The position numbers and the translations under genes were made by a program. A stretch of DNA of 63,952 bases, filler included, from Octopus bimaculoides (taxonomy: Eukaryota), in NCBI RefSeq assembly GCF_001194135.2. It is 6 parts of 6 records of this genome, joined end to end, with 100 filler letters (N's around TTAATTAATTAA, not from the genome) between each part and the next. Parts side by side here need not be neighbours in the genome. Positions count along the whole stretch, not along the records: positions 23,335 to 47,337 come from NC_068996.1; 5 more parts are not named here. One strand, given 5' to 3'. Numbering within the stretch: position 1 is the first letter of the stretch; every line of letters begins with the position of its first letter. The notes beneath the pieces were generated by a model that made no database searches, had not been told where the DNA came from, and was given only the letters and a program-made list of their open reading frames with translations. Of the stretch, positions 27,192 through 40,454 are shown one piece after another.

Positions 27192-28483
27192 CATGCGATG
27201 AGTAAATTGTTGCCATTTTAAAATCTTAATTTCATGCATGCACATTGTTTGTTTTTGATTTTGTCGACTACACAGTATAGTAGGGTCAGTTGGGCACTGT
27301 CTGTGAGCAAAACAGCACCATGATGCAATTCACTCAGCCAGAAATTTGGAAATAACATGCTATACTGCTTCACATTCATGCCAGAAACTCCAGTACAAAC
27401 ATTTCAGAATGTTTGGGTGTCAATCTGAGGACAGTGCATAGGATTTAGAAAGAGATGGATAAGTCTAATGGCGATTACAAAGGTACGGCAGCTCAGAAAA
27501 CCCACTCTGATTGTTCTGATAAGAAAAGAACTCCTGAACTTGGTGAGATCCAGGCCATGATTGACAACGATCCCTCCAAGTCAATCAGGTCCATCACCTG
27601 GGACATGGGAGTGTCTGAGTTTCTTATAAGGCAGGCAGTGCATGAAGACATTTGGTATTCCTCATACAAGATGAGAAAGGGCCAATTTGTATCCCAAGCC
27701 ATCAAGGACAAGAGGAAAGACTGTGCTACAAAGCTTTTCAACAAACTCAAGCATCCCTTCCAACCAAATATGCTTTGGTTTTACAAATGAGAAAATTTTC
27801 TGTCAGGATCAGGTGGTGAACACACAGAACAACCATTGGCTTTCTGTGTCCCCAAAATATGATCTGAAAGTGATAAAAATCAAACATCCGGTCAACATCA
27901 TGGCGTTTCGAGTGATCACTAGTGATGGTGATGTTATGCTTCCTTTCATCTTTCCACTCGGCCTCAGATTCAACACAGAGGCCTACATCAAGTATCTGGA
28001 GGAGGTAGTACTGTCCTGGATCAAGAGGTTGGCTGCTGGAAGACCCTGTGTCTAGCAACAGGACTCTGCACCATTCCACACAAGCAGGAGAACCCAGTCA
28101 TGGCTGTCAGACAATTTCTGCGACCACATCACCCCCTAACATCTGGCCATCTAACTCCCCAGACTGCAACCCCCTTCATTATTATGTGTGGGGTGCAGTT
28201 GAGCAAGAGACCAACAAAACTGCTTGTAACACCAAAGATGAACTGAAGGCAAGGATTATGACAGCATTCACCAACTTAAACAAGGAGACCATCCAGAAGA
28301 GTTGCAGTAGATTCCAAATTTATCTGGAGGCCATGGTTGAGGCCAATGGCGATTTTATTGAATAAATTTACTCTTTAGTATTTCAAAACATTTTTATGTA
28401 ATTTTGGTAAATATATCACTAAAAATGATATGTCAGTGTTATTTTCATTTTTGTGTAATTTAGACAATTTATTCATTGCACCC

Positions 28484-28485
<2 letters not shown>
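27192..28485 (+). mobile_element. DD37D (maT) Tc1/mariner transposon, near full length, inactivated
   Basis: TA-flanked TIRs (CA..TGCGATGAGTAAATTGT left; revcomp TAGGGTGCAATGAATAAATTGTC right). Transposase from ATG 27320 to 28365 has stops and frameshifts. 37 residues separate QQD from the NSPDCNPL[D>H]YYVW position. Confidence 0.85.
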
Positions 28486-28515
<30 letters not shown>

Positions 28516-28574
28516 TTATGTACGTACATACATATGTATATATGTATCTATATGTACGTATGTATGTATACACA

Positions 28575-28614
<40 letters not shown>

Positions 28615-29119
28615 TGTGTGTGTGTGTGTGAGCATGCATGTATGTTTGTGATTTTCCTTCCCCCATCTGGACAACCAATGCTGGTTTCTTTATGTAACTT
28701 AGAGTTTTGGCAAAACCCATAAATACAATACTTAATAGACTTAAAAGTAAAAATTAAATACTGAGGTTGATTTGGTAGCCTAAACCAAGCATGGGCAATC
28801 TTCTGCAGAAAGTGGGTCACATGAGACATGGTTCATCATCAGCTAGGCCATGCGACTAAAAAAATTCCTGGTAATCTTTTTTGTTAGGCTTGCCATTCAG
28901 AAAACTCCATGGGCTGCAGTTTGCCTTTGATTAGCCTAAATTCTTCAAGGCAGTATACCAGTATGGCTATAATCAAATTAATGAAAGCAGTAAAAGAATA
29001 TCACACACACACACAGATATGATGTTCTGGTTAAATTTGATTAATTTTTTTATGTCTTCTTTTTTCGGAACAGTATTGGAGAGCATAAAGATTAGAGTTG
29101 TAATTGAGAAAAAGTTAGC

Positions 29120-29695
29120 TGAGATGGTGAACGAGAAGCCATGTAAATATTGGAAAAGAGTTACCTATATCATGGTGATCTATGCAGGGTATCAAAATGC
29201 TGACATCATGATTGCTCTGTGGACACTATAAAGGCCGTAAGATGTGACATGGACAGCTGCAATGGAGACTACAAAGCTGTGGCTAACAGGAGTGACAACA
29301 GCAAGTGTTCTGACTGCATTCACACACCAGAATTCATCCAACAACTGATAAACAAGGCCTTAGGTCCAATTCAGACAGTTATGTGAAGTTACTCAGATTG
29401 TGGTCAATCCCTGGCTGGAGAGGATTACTGTTGGAAGGCCATTTGCGTGACAGCAGGATCTGGCACATTGCCACACTTCCAGAAAGAGTTAGAAGTGGTT
29501 GTCAAAAAATTTCTATGACTTCACCAGTTCCATTCTCTGGCCTCCTAATTCCTCCAATTGTAATCCTATAGATTACTATGTGTGGGGTGCAGTTGAGAAA
29601 GATGCCAACCACCCTGCCTGAATTACCAAAGCTGAGCTAGAGGCCAAAAAGCAAGGAGGTGTTCAAAGATCTTCCCAGAGACACAGTGAGGAATG
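29120..29695 (+). mobile_element. Second, internally deleted maT transposase copy
   Basis: Homologous translation ...DSCNGDYKA... and ...WPPNSS.CNPIDYYVWGAVEKDAN; interrupted at 29696. Confidence 0.7.
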
Positions 29696-30020
29696 TGTAG
29701 TAACGCCTGCGCATGCGTAGTCTTACGCATGCGTAGAATTAAACAAGCAAGCGTTTCCCGCTCAATTCATTCTCTTTCTCGCTGGCCAGCGATTGAGCAT
29801 GGACGTGTGTTTAAAGCTGTCTCTACATCTTTCGGTCTTATACTCGACAGCTCGTTATTCTCACCTCTAAAGATGTATAACTAAAGATATGTATGTTTAC
29901 CAAGTAAATAAATGTTGTTTGAGTTGTTTAGTCTGGAGTTCAGCGTTCCGTCTATTTCTTTAATTTTATAGTAGAAAGTCAGGTATACAATCTAAAGATG
30001 TATAACCCACTTTCTACTAA
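29696..30020. mobile_element. 325-bp CpG-rich insertion, solo-LTR-like or unknown family
   Basis: Starts TGTAG; AATG duplicated at 29692-29695 and 30021-30024; transposase frame resumes (RNAC) afterwards; no canonical CA end. Confidence 0.45.
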
Positions 30021-31414
30021 AATGCATGCNNNNNNNNNNNNNNNNNNNNNNNNNNNNNNNNNNNNNNNNNNNNNNNNNNNNNNNNNNNNNNNNNNNNNNN
30101 NNNNNNNNNNNNNNNNNNNNNNNNNNNNNNNNNNNNNNNNNNNNNNNNNNNNNNNNNNNNNNNNNNNNNNNNNNNNNNNNNNNNNNNNNNNNNNNNNNNN
30201 NNNNNNNNNNNNNNNNNNNNNNNNNNNNNNNNNNNNNNNNNNNNNNNNNNNNNNNNNNNNNNNNNNNNNNNNNNNNNNNNNNNNNNNNNNNNNNNNNNNN
30301 NNNNNNNNNNNNNNNNNNNNNNNNNNNNNNNNNNNNNNNNNNNNNNNNNNNNNNNNNNNNNNNNNNNNNNNNNNNNNNNNNNNNNNNNNNNNNNNNNNNN
30401 NNNNNNNNNNNNNNNNNNNNNNNNNNNNNNNNNNNNNNNNNNNNNNNNNNNNNNNNNNNNNNNNNNNNNNNNNNNNNNNNNNNNNCACACACACATATAT
30501 ATATGATGGGCTTCTTTCAGTTTCCATCTACAAAGTTGACTCACAAGGCTTTGGTTGGCCCGAGGCTATAGTAGAAGACACTTTCTCAAGGTGCCATGCA
30601 GTGGGGCTGAACCTGGAACCATGTGGTTGTGAAGCAAGCTTCTTACCACACATTCACACCTATGCCTATATATATCATCATCATCATCATTTAACGTCCG
30701 CTTTCCATGCTAGCATGGGTTGGACGATTTGACTGAGGACTGGCAAGCCAGATGGCTACACCAGACTCCAATCTGATTTGGCAAAGTTTCTACAGCTAGA
30801 TGACCTTCCTAACACCAACCACTCCGAGAGTGTAGTGGGTGCTTTTACATGCCACCGGCACGAGGGCCAGTCACACGGTACTGGCAACAGCCAATCCCAA
30901 ACAAGTTGTCAGTGAAAACCATGCTTTGGGTGTGATGTGTGTATAAGATTAGTTTGTACTGGGGGCATAGTTGAAACATAATCCATAAACAGTTTCAGCA
31001 TCTTATGAAACAATGCGGATAATATCTGCTTCCTGAGTAATATCTTTAGTGTTGGAAGAAGTGATACTCCCAAAAATGTATCAGAGTAAGGAACATGTGT
31101 CAGACATTCAGGGAAATGCTAACATTGTTGTCTACAAATGATTTTCAAAATTTTGATACTCTATAAAATTGCTTGACTTTTCCTTCTTTTTTTTATTTCT
31201 TTTTTTTTGGTGACAAAGAGCGGGGAAACACCTATTCCAACAAATATTTATATTTTGAAATGCATCCAACCAATAGAATGAATGAAAAAGTTCTTGAATT
31301 TAGGCCTACATATATCTATTCCTATTATTACCACTTAAAAAAATGAAAGAAAGGATTTAAATCAAAATATATTTATGAAAACAAAAAAAAAAAGAAAAAG
31401 TGAGAAAATATTAC

Positions 31415-31675
31415 CTGTTGATGAAATTCATCATAGTTTATCAAAGGTCCCGAGAAGCATAAAGGCAAATAAATGGTATAACAAAGCAGATCACAGAAAT
31501 CAAAACCATTCCTATGATTTTCACCATCTTCATGGACTTGTTTCTTTTTCCATTTTACATAATCAGAATATTCCAGGCAAAAACTTGTGTAACGAATGTT
31601 ACATAAGGACATGATGATCATCAGAAAATAGTAATGAAGATCCAGCTCTGGTGTCCATGGAAACAAAGTAGTTTG
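31415..31675 (-). CDS. HHAT: HHAT-like exon (QTTLFPW...YYFLMIIMSLCNIRYTSFCLE...DLLCYTIYLPLCFSGPLINYDEFHQQ)
   Basis: 261 nt, CAG acceptor, GTAATA donor, phase 0/0. Contains the MBOAT/HHAT signatures RYTSFCLE and Y..YLPL..GP.I.Y.EF..Q. Confidence 0.9.
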
Positions 31676-31746
31676 CTGAAAAATGTTTGAAATGTACATG
31701 AGATGAGTGTAGAATTTTAATTTTGAACTAATATATATAAATAACA

Positions 31747-31803
<57 letters not shown>

Positions 31804-31829
31804 AATTACGTAAACTTATGTGATATGTC

Positions 31830-34020
31830 TAGCAAACATCCATGCAAATGGAGAATGCTGTCCCCCATCCATGTGTTCCCCCTTTCCACCCCTTCCTCAC
31901 CCTTAGAGTTAGCACACTCAATGTGAGCACATTGAAAAATAACTCTGGTGAGATGATTGAGATGCTAGAATTCTTTCCAGCACATAGGAAAAGAACATAG
32001 GTAATAGTGATGGGGTTGGTGATGTGGGTGTAGTTTTATTCTGAGAAATTGGTTGATAAAGCAATTGAGGTAGTCAGACATTAAACTTAAGCTTAGACTA
32101 CTTTTGCAAAGTGGAACAACAACTATTATTTCTGCCTATGCTCCACAACTGGGCCTGCAAAACAAACAGAAACATCGATTTTATGACACCCTTTTGCAGA
32201 CTACCTCATTGACATATGACAGTGACCTTCTATTTGTGGTTGGTGGCATCATGGACATGATGGACAGCATTCAGGTGGCTTCCATGGGGTGCATGGGAGT
32301 TAATGGAGTCAGGTGCCACAATGAAGAGGGAACTAGGCTACTGGAGTTCTGTGATGCAAATTACCTCATGATCAGCAATACTAACTTCAGAAAACCAGCC
32401 GGTCACCTATCAATCTGGTGGCCACACAAGCCAGATTGATTACATTCTCACCAGAAAATGGAAAGATGGTTACTTATAAATGCAAAGAACTTCCCAGGAG
32501 AAGAATGCACTCCTCAACAAAGGTTAGTCATTAGTGACTTCAGACTCAGGAGTAGAAGGTTGCCAAGAAGACAGCTAGTCTGGAAAAGAAAGATCTGGAA
32601 GCTTAAGAATCTGAATAGTCAGAGATTAAGACATGTTCTACTTGAAGCATTTGATAAGAAGGAAGAGGACAAAGTAAAACATAACATAGAGGACAACTGG
32701 AGGTTCTTAAGGGACATCTTAATGAGGGCCACTGACCAAATTTGTGACTGGTGCAAAGTCCTAACCAGACCTAAGGTGAAATGGTGATGCAACAGGGAAG
32801 TAGAGAGAGAAACATTAGGGCAAAGAAAGAGATTTGGAAGGACTGGAAGAATGGTGCTAGCAGGGAAATATGTATATTAGGTTGCTAGAAGGGAAGCTTA
32901 GAGACAGGTATACTCAGCCAGTGGAGAAGCAGAAAGGAAGAAGTTTGCCAAGGTTCTGCAGTATGAGGACCAGAGGCTTCAAATGTTTTGGATTGCAATA
33001 TAGTATGTCAGAGAAAATCATGATGCTGTAGAAAAGAAATGTGTTCACATGGATGATGGTTCACTTGCAGTTAGTGATTCTGCAAAGAAAGAGATTTGGA
33101 AATGCCACTATGAAAGGCTGTTAAAGTAGAGAATTCATGGGTGAAGGAAAGTCTGCCTAATGCGAACACAACAGAGGGACCAGCTATCTGAATGGGCAGT
33201 AGCTTGATAGATAGAGCAATTAAGGATATGAAGACAGGGAAAGCCCCTGGCCCATCAGGAATCACCACTGAGATGCTTAAGATATCTGGCAGAGTCGCAT
33301 AGTTAATCAGGTTGTCCATGAGGGTGTCATACCCAACGACTGGTCTAACAGCATTTTAGTCAACTGTTACAATGGTAAAGGTGATACTTTAGACACAAAC
33401 AATTGCAGAGGCATCAAATAGCTGAACCAGGTGATGAAAGTTAAAGAGAGGATCATAGCTCAGTTAATTAGGAAAAGAGTTAGTCTAGATGAGATGCAGT
33501 TTGATTCTGTGCTAAGAAGAAGCACTACCGATGCTATCTTCCTGATAAGGCAGTTGCAGAAGAAGCATTTAACCAAAAATAAACCACTGTACTTGGCATT
33601 TGCTGACATGGAAAAAGCCTTTGACGGGTTACCTTACTCCTTTATCTGGTGGTCAATGTGGAAGCTACGGATAGATGAGTGGTTAGTGAGAGTTGTACAT
33701 GCCTTGTACAGGGATGCTATCAGTAAGGTGAAAGTTGGCAACAAGTATAGCAATGAATTCAGTGTACAGGTAGGAGTTCATTAAGGATTGGTTCTTAGTC
33801 CCCTCTCATTTATCATAGTCTTCCAAACCATAATGGAGAAATTTAAGACTGGCCTCCCTTGAGAGCTCCTCTACACTGATAACTTTGTTCTTATAGCTGA
33901 ATCAGTGCCTGACCTACAGAAGAAATCTCAGGTGTGGAAGCAAGAGTTAATTTAGCAAAAACAAAGGCCCAAGTAAGTAGGAAAACAGACAAATCGCTGA
34001 CCCCTTCAGGGAGATGGCTT
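31830..34020 (+). mobile_element. Decayed RTE-clade LINE (AP endonuclease + RT)
   Basis: LRVSTLNV..., IISAYAPQLG, LLEFCDAN.LMISNTNFRK, STTDAIFLIRQLQKKH...LYLAFADMEKAFD, SVQVGVH; multiple stops. Confidence 0.9.
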
Positions 34021-34891
34021 CCTCCTAAACACAAAGTGGTTTCCTTTATTTATTGCTACTACTTAAACATTTGTAATACTCTGCAAAAAATAGTAATCAA
34101 TTATTAATCAAGAAATAATAATCAAATATAATAAGGCAATATTGCCTTACTATACAAATGACCATATCTCAGAAAATTACAATATTGGGCATTATACAAG
34201 CATTATACACACTGCTTTTTGTCAAGCTGAGATCTTGTTTCTACTCCAACTGATCCGGTTTATCAAAAACAGCAGAAACTTAACTAATCTTTGCAGTTCC
34301 CTCATTAAATATGATGCCAAATATGTCTTCCATTTCTAGGAATTGGAACACAGCAGTGGATTGAAAGGAGTGCCACAATGTTTCTTTACATTTGTAAGTG
34401 GCATGATAACTTAATCTGTTCAATAGATACTAGATCTAAATGAGGCATGAGCTCAGGGAACCCTATTGTCAGCATACATTATGTTGGTTATGCATCTTCT
34501 GGAAATAATTCAATTCTGGAAATGTTAGCAACAGGGAGAATTTTAGCATTTTATATAAAAAAAAAATATGAATGGTAGCTTTGAAATATAGTGTTTTTCT
34601 ATTACAGTTGCAGATGTTAAGTGGTGACATTGAACAGTATTTGTTTTATATTCTTTTCAGTGGGTGATAGTTTATACGTTTAAGTCAAAATTTATTTGAA
34701 TATTTCCATTTCTTTCATACAATATGAAATATTATGAAGTACTTCCGATACTTCAAGTTAGTAGGAATGCTACTCCTTATGAGATATTTGGTGGCGGTAC
34801 TCTGCCAAAATAATAGGAGTAGTGATGATTTAGTGTAGAACCTATATATNNNNNNNNNNNNNNNNNNNNNNNNNNNNNNNNNNNNNNNNNN

Positions 34892-34925
<34 letters not shown>

Positions 34926-35854
34926 AAGGAAAAAAACATTGTTAAAGTATTTGGAAATTTTCAAAAGAAAATCTTTACAAACAGTTTGCTCTACTGAAAA
35001 CTTATTGATTTGATCACAAAATTAAGAACTAATAATTATGAGGTAGTAATTATTAATCAGCATTGAATTTTGATGTAAGCACAAAGAATTAGATTCATAG
35101 GAAATGAGATATGAGAATAAGTGATATATCAATCCCTGTATTATTTTCTGATTTTAGCTTTTAGACTGGCATCATGCAGGGGTTTATTTTTAGTTGGTTA
35201 TAGTAACTCCAGTATTTTGTCTGATACTTGTTCTATCAATTTCTATCTATCAAATGAATAAATCCACGGAAGGGATGACACTTGGCTGACCAAACACCAA
35301 AAGTTACCTTTTATTCAATGCTCTAATTTAGTGGTTATCTCCTCACTAATACACATATATATATATGATGAAATTTCATTCAATTTGCATCAACTAAATT
35401 TCACTCAACCCCTAACTGTAGCAGATGACACTTGCTGGGTAATTGAATCTAAAGCTACATGGTTTCAAAGCAAAAGTTTTAACCATAGCAATGCCTATAC
35501 TCAAAGGTCAATATTTCTAAGATAAAACAATTATGTATGATTGGCAAATATTCAGTATATTATACTCTACTTTTAAAATATTATTGATAAGAGGGAAAAA
35601 ATATAAGTTGCATACTTGATATTTGAGCTGTGATTGCCAGAGAAAGGGCAAGATCACTTTCGTAAAACTAGATAAGAAAAATTTGTAATTACAAAATCAA
35701 GAATGATATGGTCAAGATGTATAGTTTTACTTTCTAATTTTAATACTGTCATACCACCAAAACACATAAATCATTCCACAAGATATTTTTCAGTCATATA
35801 TGTTTTCCAAACCTAATACATTGTTTAAAATAGAGATGTTATCATAATACTTAC

Positions 35855-36049
35855 CAGAAAAACAACACTGATATCAAAATTCAGCATTGAAAGGAATAAT
35901 ATAGAGATAATCCATATTAAAACCTTTGAACCAGTCATTGATGCTAAATAGCAAAAACCACATTGTAGTACCAACAATGCCAAAGGTTTCCAACCAAGTA
36001 AGTATGTCAAACAGAGTGAAGAATAAAACGCAAAAAAATATTTCCGCAT
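35855..36049 (-). CDS. HHAT: HHAT-like exon (MRKYFFAFYSSLCLTYLLGWKPLALLVLQCGFCYLASMTGSKVLIWIISILFLSMLNFDISVVFL)
   Basis: 195 nt = 65 codons, CAG acceptor, GTAAGT donor, phase 0/0, hydrophobic. Same codon count as the recalled human segment HRPW...EEVK. Confidence 0.85.
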
Positions 36050-36979
36050 CTGAAAATAAACAAAGGAACAGAATTAAATTTCCTGTTTTGAAAGGTTTAT
36101 TGATGCAAGGGGTTGCTGAAATGTTCCTAGCTTTAAGGGTCTAGCGAAAAGCCTGGTTGGAGGCCCAACCTTCTGAGTTCTTTTACAGGGCTTAGGAAAA
36201 CTGAAGGACTGCTGCAATAAGTGTGTGAATCTGAAAGGGGAATATGTTGAATAATCTTTATTATTAACTGATCCTCCTGTATTTGCTTTTACCCAAAGCC
36301 AGGAATTTTTCCACACCCAATTGTACATATAGAAAAGGATTAGATATGTTTAAAAGAGAATTGGTCAAAGCCAAAATAAATATCAATATTGTTTTATAAA
36401 TGTTAGCAAGGGCAACAGATTGACAGAATCCTTTGAAGAATGGATAAAATAAACTGCAGCATTTTATTCTGACTCTTTACATTTTGAATTCAAATTCTAC
36501 TGAGGTTAGTTTTTGCCTTTCATCCTTCCATTGTTTATAAAATAAAGTGGCAGTCATGGGGTCGATTTAATTTGCTGCTGGTCTGTGTCATGTAACAGGT
36601 TAGCAAAACAGAGCAGAGCCCAAAATCACTAACTGATAACAGGTAAAGAGATACATTGGTTGGAATATACAAACAACACAGTAATATTCCTTTCTATTAT
36701 AAGCACAAGGCCTGAAATTTCAGGGGAGAGGCTAGACAATCAGATCGATCTGGCACTTAATTTATTGACACTGAAAGGATGAAAGGTAAAGTTGACCTCA
36801 GCAGAATTTGAACTCAGAACATAGGGGCAGACAAAATACCGCGAAGCATTTTTCCCAGTGTGCTAACAATTCTACCAGCTCACCAGCTTGTCTATCTATC
36901 TGTAACATCTTATCTATCTGTCTATCTGTCTGTAATGTCACCATGTCATCTATCTGTAACACTTAATATAACTACCAAA

Positions 36980-37018
<39 letters not shown>

Positions 37019-38063
37019 TATGTGCATGCACATGTACAGATTCTTTCTCTAAAAGCAGACCCCATTGAAAGGAAAAACACCTAAGAAAAAGATATATCTA
37101 ATTAACAGCATTCTTCATTTTAGACACTGCAACTTTTATAGATACAACCAGTGCAGAGAATGTATAAATGAAGCAAAGATCATCTACTTTAAAATAAACA
37201 CATAAAATTCCAGTTAGTGAAAGAAACCGTATATAGTTACTTGATTTGCTAGACATAGCAGACAAATATTCATCAAACTACATCTTCCAATGGTAAAAAA
37301 TTTTTAGAAAGTCACATTGGATAACATAATCTTTGAAACATTGTCTGAATATATTCTGGAATGCTTTTCATCAGAGATCTGCTAAATAAGGGCAAACAGG
37401 GTTTCAAACAACAACAACATACGGAGTTATATATATGAAACAAAAGGCATATATTTACTGCAAAACACAGTATACCGTTTCAGAATTCTATTTTATTCCA
37501 ATGCTGACAAGACAATCAAATTTCAGTAGCAATCATTTATATTTGCAAACACATATTCATATCCTAGTCAACAATACAAATTAAGCAATAATAATTCCCT
37601 TTAAAGTGGAAAGAAAAAAGCCATTGACAGTTAAATATCAATGTCCTCTGATGTCATTCACCTACAGAAAGGTTCATTTCAGCTAGTTTGAAGTACTCAG
37701 AGCTTTCAAACACTCAACGTCTTAAAGGGACATTCTCCGGGATGAAATAACCCCACAGCTAATAATTGTATATAAACAAGACACACACAATAAGTATGTG
37801 ACATGAGTAATGTCTGCATTATTAGAGTTGCTTCTAATTCAAAATTTAATTTTGTTCTCCTTTACCTTTCTTCCAAAGACCAAAGGTGTATTTCCCCTTC
37901 CTTCAAACCTTGCAAGTAAAATTACAAAAGAAACATAATAAAATGTAATAAAATGTAATAAAATGTAATAAATTGGAAATTTATTACAATTTAACTTAGC
38001 TGCATAAAAACACTCAGTTAACCACAACAGGAACTGAATACCAAACAGTTCAGCAATTATATT

Positions 38064-38917
38064 AAAGTCACTGATGGGTTTCAATTTTTAATAACTTCCT
38101 TAACGTTACAAATAAATGCATGAAATTTTGATACAATATAAAGGACATAATGGAAATTAATATTCATAAGTCAAATTTTGAAACACCACTCCATCACATA
38201 TGAAAAATGACATCGCTTAAATGGCAGCCATTTTCGGCTTCGCACACGCATGCTCTTTCCAAAACTTGCACCATAACACCCTCAAGAGTTTCAGACCCCA
38301 CTTCTCTGATTTCTCTATTGATGTTCTCTCTCTGTTGCCCCAGGGTCTCTGGTTTCTTGATGTAAGCCCGCTTTCAGGTTTGTTAACATAAACCCTCTCA
38401 TTCAGGCCAGTTGACATTGCCGTAGCAGGAGATTATTCTTTCTCCAGAGCACTTCTGTAACAACTGCATTGTTTCTCTTGCGGTATGAGCAGTTGCCCCA
38501 TCTTGCTGGAACCATGTGTGAAGTCTGCTTTGTATGGCCTTTACGTTCCCCAGACTTGACTAGCCTGGAGTTTTTTCTTGTGAGGATACCTGAAAGAGAG
38601 GGTTTACGTCAACAAACCGGAAACCCTGGGGCAACCGAAGGAGAACATCAATAGAGAAATCAGAGAAGTGGGGTTTGAAACTCTTGAGGGTGTTATGGTG
38701 CAAGTTTTGGAAAGAGCATGCGTGTGCGAAGCCGAAAATGGCTGCCATTTAAGCGATGTCATTTTTCATATGTGATGTAGTGGTGTTTCAGAATTTGACT
38801 TATGAATATTAATTTCCATTATGCCCTTTATATTGTATCAAAATTTCATCCATTTATTTGTAACGTTAAGGAAGTTATTAAAAATTGAAACCCATCAGTG
38901 ACTTTTGGGACACCCTG
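38064..38917. mobile_element. Fold-back element: inverted duplication of a Tc1/mariner transposase 3' end
   Basis: 38064-~38407 is the reverse complement of ~38589-38905. The plus strand reads WPLRSPDLTSLEFF..YLKERVYVNKP...HLSDVIFHM. Full TIR CAGGGTGTCCCAAAAGTC only at the right end. Confidence 0.9.
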
Positions 38918-39049
38918 TATATTTTATTTTTTAAGGGGTGAGATGAAGAAGAAGTACCTATGACATCAGCAGATCTTCCTAGACTGGTGAAGCTGATACA
39001 GTTAATGTTTAATTTGCACTCTTCTATACAAATACCAGTAGGAGAACGT

Positions 39050-40250
39050 GAGCAAAAACAAATTCAACAAAAGCTGCAGTTCTAGAGTCAAGATTGAGTA
39101 AAGTGCTTAATGCATGTTTGGGGAAGGAGACATAGTTTAAGGATGGATGGTGTAGAGAGGAGTGACCAGTGCATCAAGTAGGTTGGTTTGCAGCTAAATG
39201 AGCATAAGCTACGTAGAGTAGAAAGGGGAAGCTGAAAAAAAAAATAGTGCAGCTGTGAACCATTAAATGAAGTGGTGTCGATGAGTGTGTTTTTGCTAAT
39301 CAACTGAACAACTTCCTTTTGAACATTCCTGGATAGTTCTGCATTAATAATATCTCAGAAGGTTGTACTTGCGGGTCAATTCTGAAGTGTCTTATGGCCC
39401 TAGTCTTTGGAATATAGTTGATATGAAGTCATAAGAAATTGCTAAAGATTGAGAGGTCTAGCATTTGCAGTTACTTTGTATGTTGTTCATGTGCAGAGAA
39501 AGTGGTTTCAAGACTGTTTAGATTTTTAGCGAAACCATAATAATGGCTATAATAGCAAGGAAGGAAATGGACTGAAGGGAGTAAAAGAGTTGGTTGGTTC
39601 TGACTGGTTGATATAGTTTGGCTGTCAGTAGGACTGAAATGAGACATCGTAACAGATCTTCATAGACAGGAACATTTCATTGCAAAGAGAGAAAAATAGA
39701 AATGTTTTATGAAGTTACTAGCTAGTGTTAGATCATAGTACTTGGAAGGAACAATATCAGGATCAATTCCTTGATAAAGGAAGGTCTTGTATTTGGTGAT
39801 TATGCATACATGGTGCTGAGGCAAGTAGAAGGAAAGAAAATTTGATAAGCGTTTTGTTTTATGTCTATAGTGGAAAGTTAGAAGCAAAACAGACAGTGCA
39901 GTGGCTTTATATGCAGAAATGCTGCTTTTAGTACTATTGTGATTGAGAAATAGCAGAGAGGAGGATTGGAAGATTTTAGTAGAAACCATCTTGGTAAAGG
40001 ATCGGAAAGCCTAATTACAATATGAAAAGTCCAAATAACTTGCAGACTGTGTGACCCATGAAACCATTGTTTTGCTTTCTTAATGGCCATCTGGCAAGCA
40101 TTCTGGTAAGGTAAATGCGTGCCAGCTGTCTACAATGAGTGACTTCCTTTGTTACAAGATGGAATTCACGTCTGATGTCATTTTCATAACTCACTTTTTT
40201 TTTTTCCTTCTGCCTCACCATACACATCTTTCTCCACCTGGATCTTATAT
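39050..40250 (-). mobile_element. Highly degenerate CR1/L2-like LINE remnant
   Basis: Patchy similarity only (QGID..VPSK; PQTCIKHFTQS). Confidence 0.35.
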
Positions 40251-40407
40251 TCATACTATCATTGATCTATAAAAGTATTGCAGAGAAAGAATTTTTTTTA
40301 AATCATAAATAAAGCAAGGAAAACAAATTAACTGGTGAAAAATATTTATGTGACAGTATAAAGAGTAATTAATTGCAGCTGGTTCGTATTTATTTATTTC
40401 TACTGAG

Positions 40408-40417
40408 ATCATCATCG

Positions 40418-40454
<37 letters not shown>

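Noticed and set aside
34724-34813. 29-aa ORF MKYYEVLPILQVSRNATPYEI... resembling a DnaJ helix I-II
   Set aside because: No HPD motif in any frame and an immediate stop; probably coincidental.
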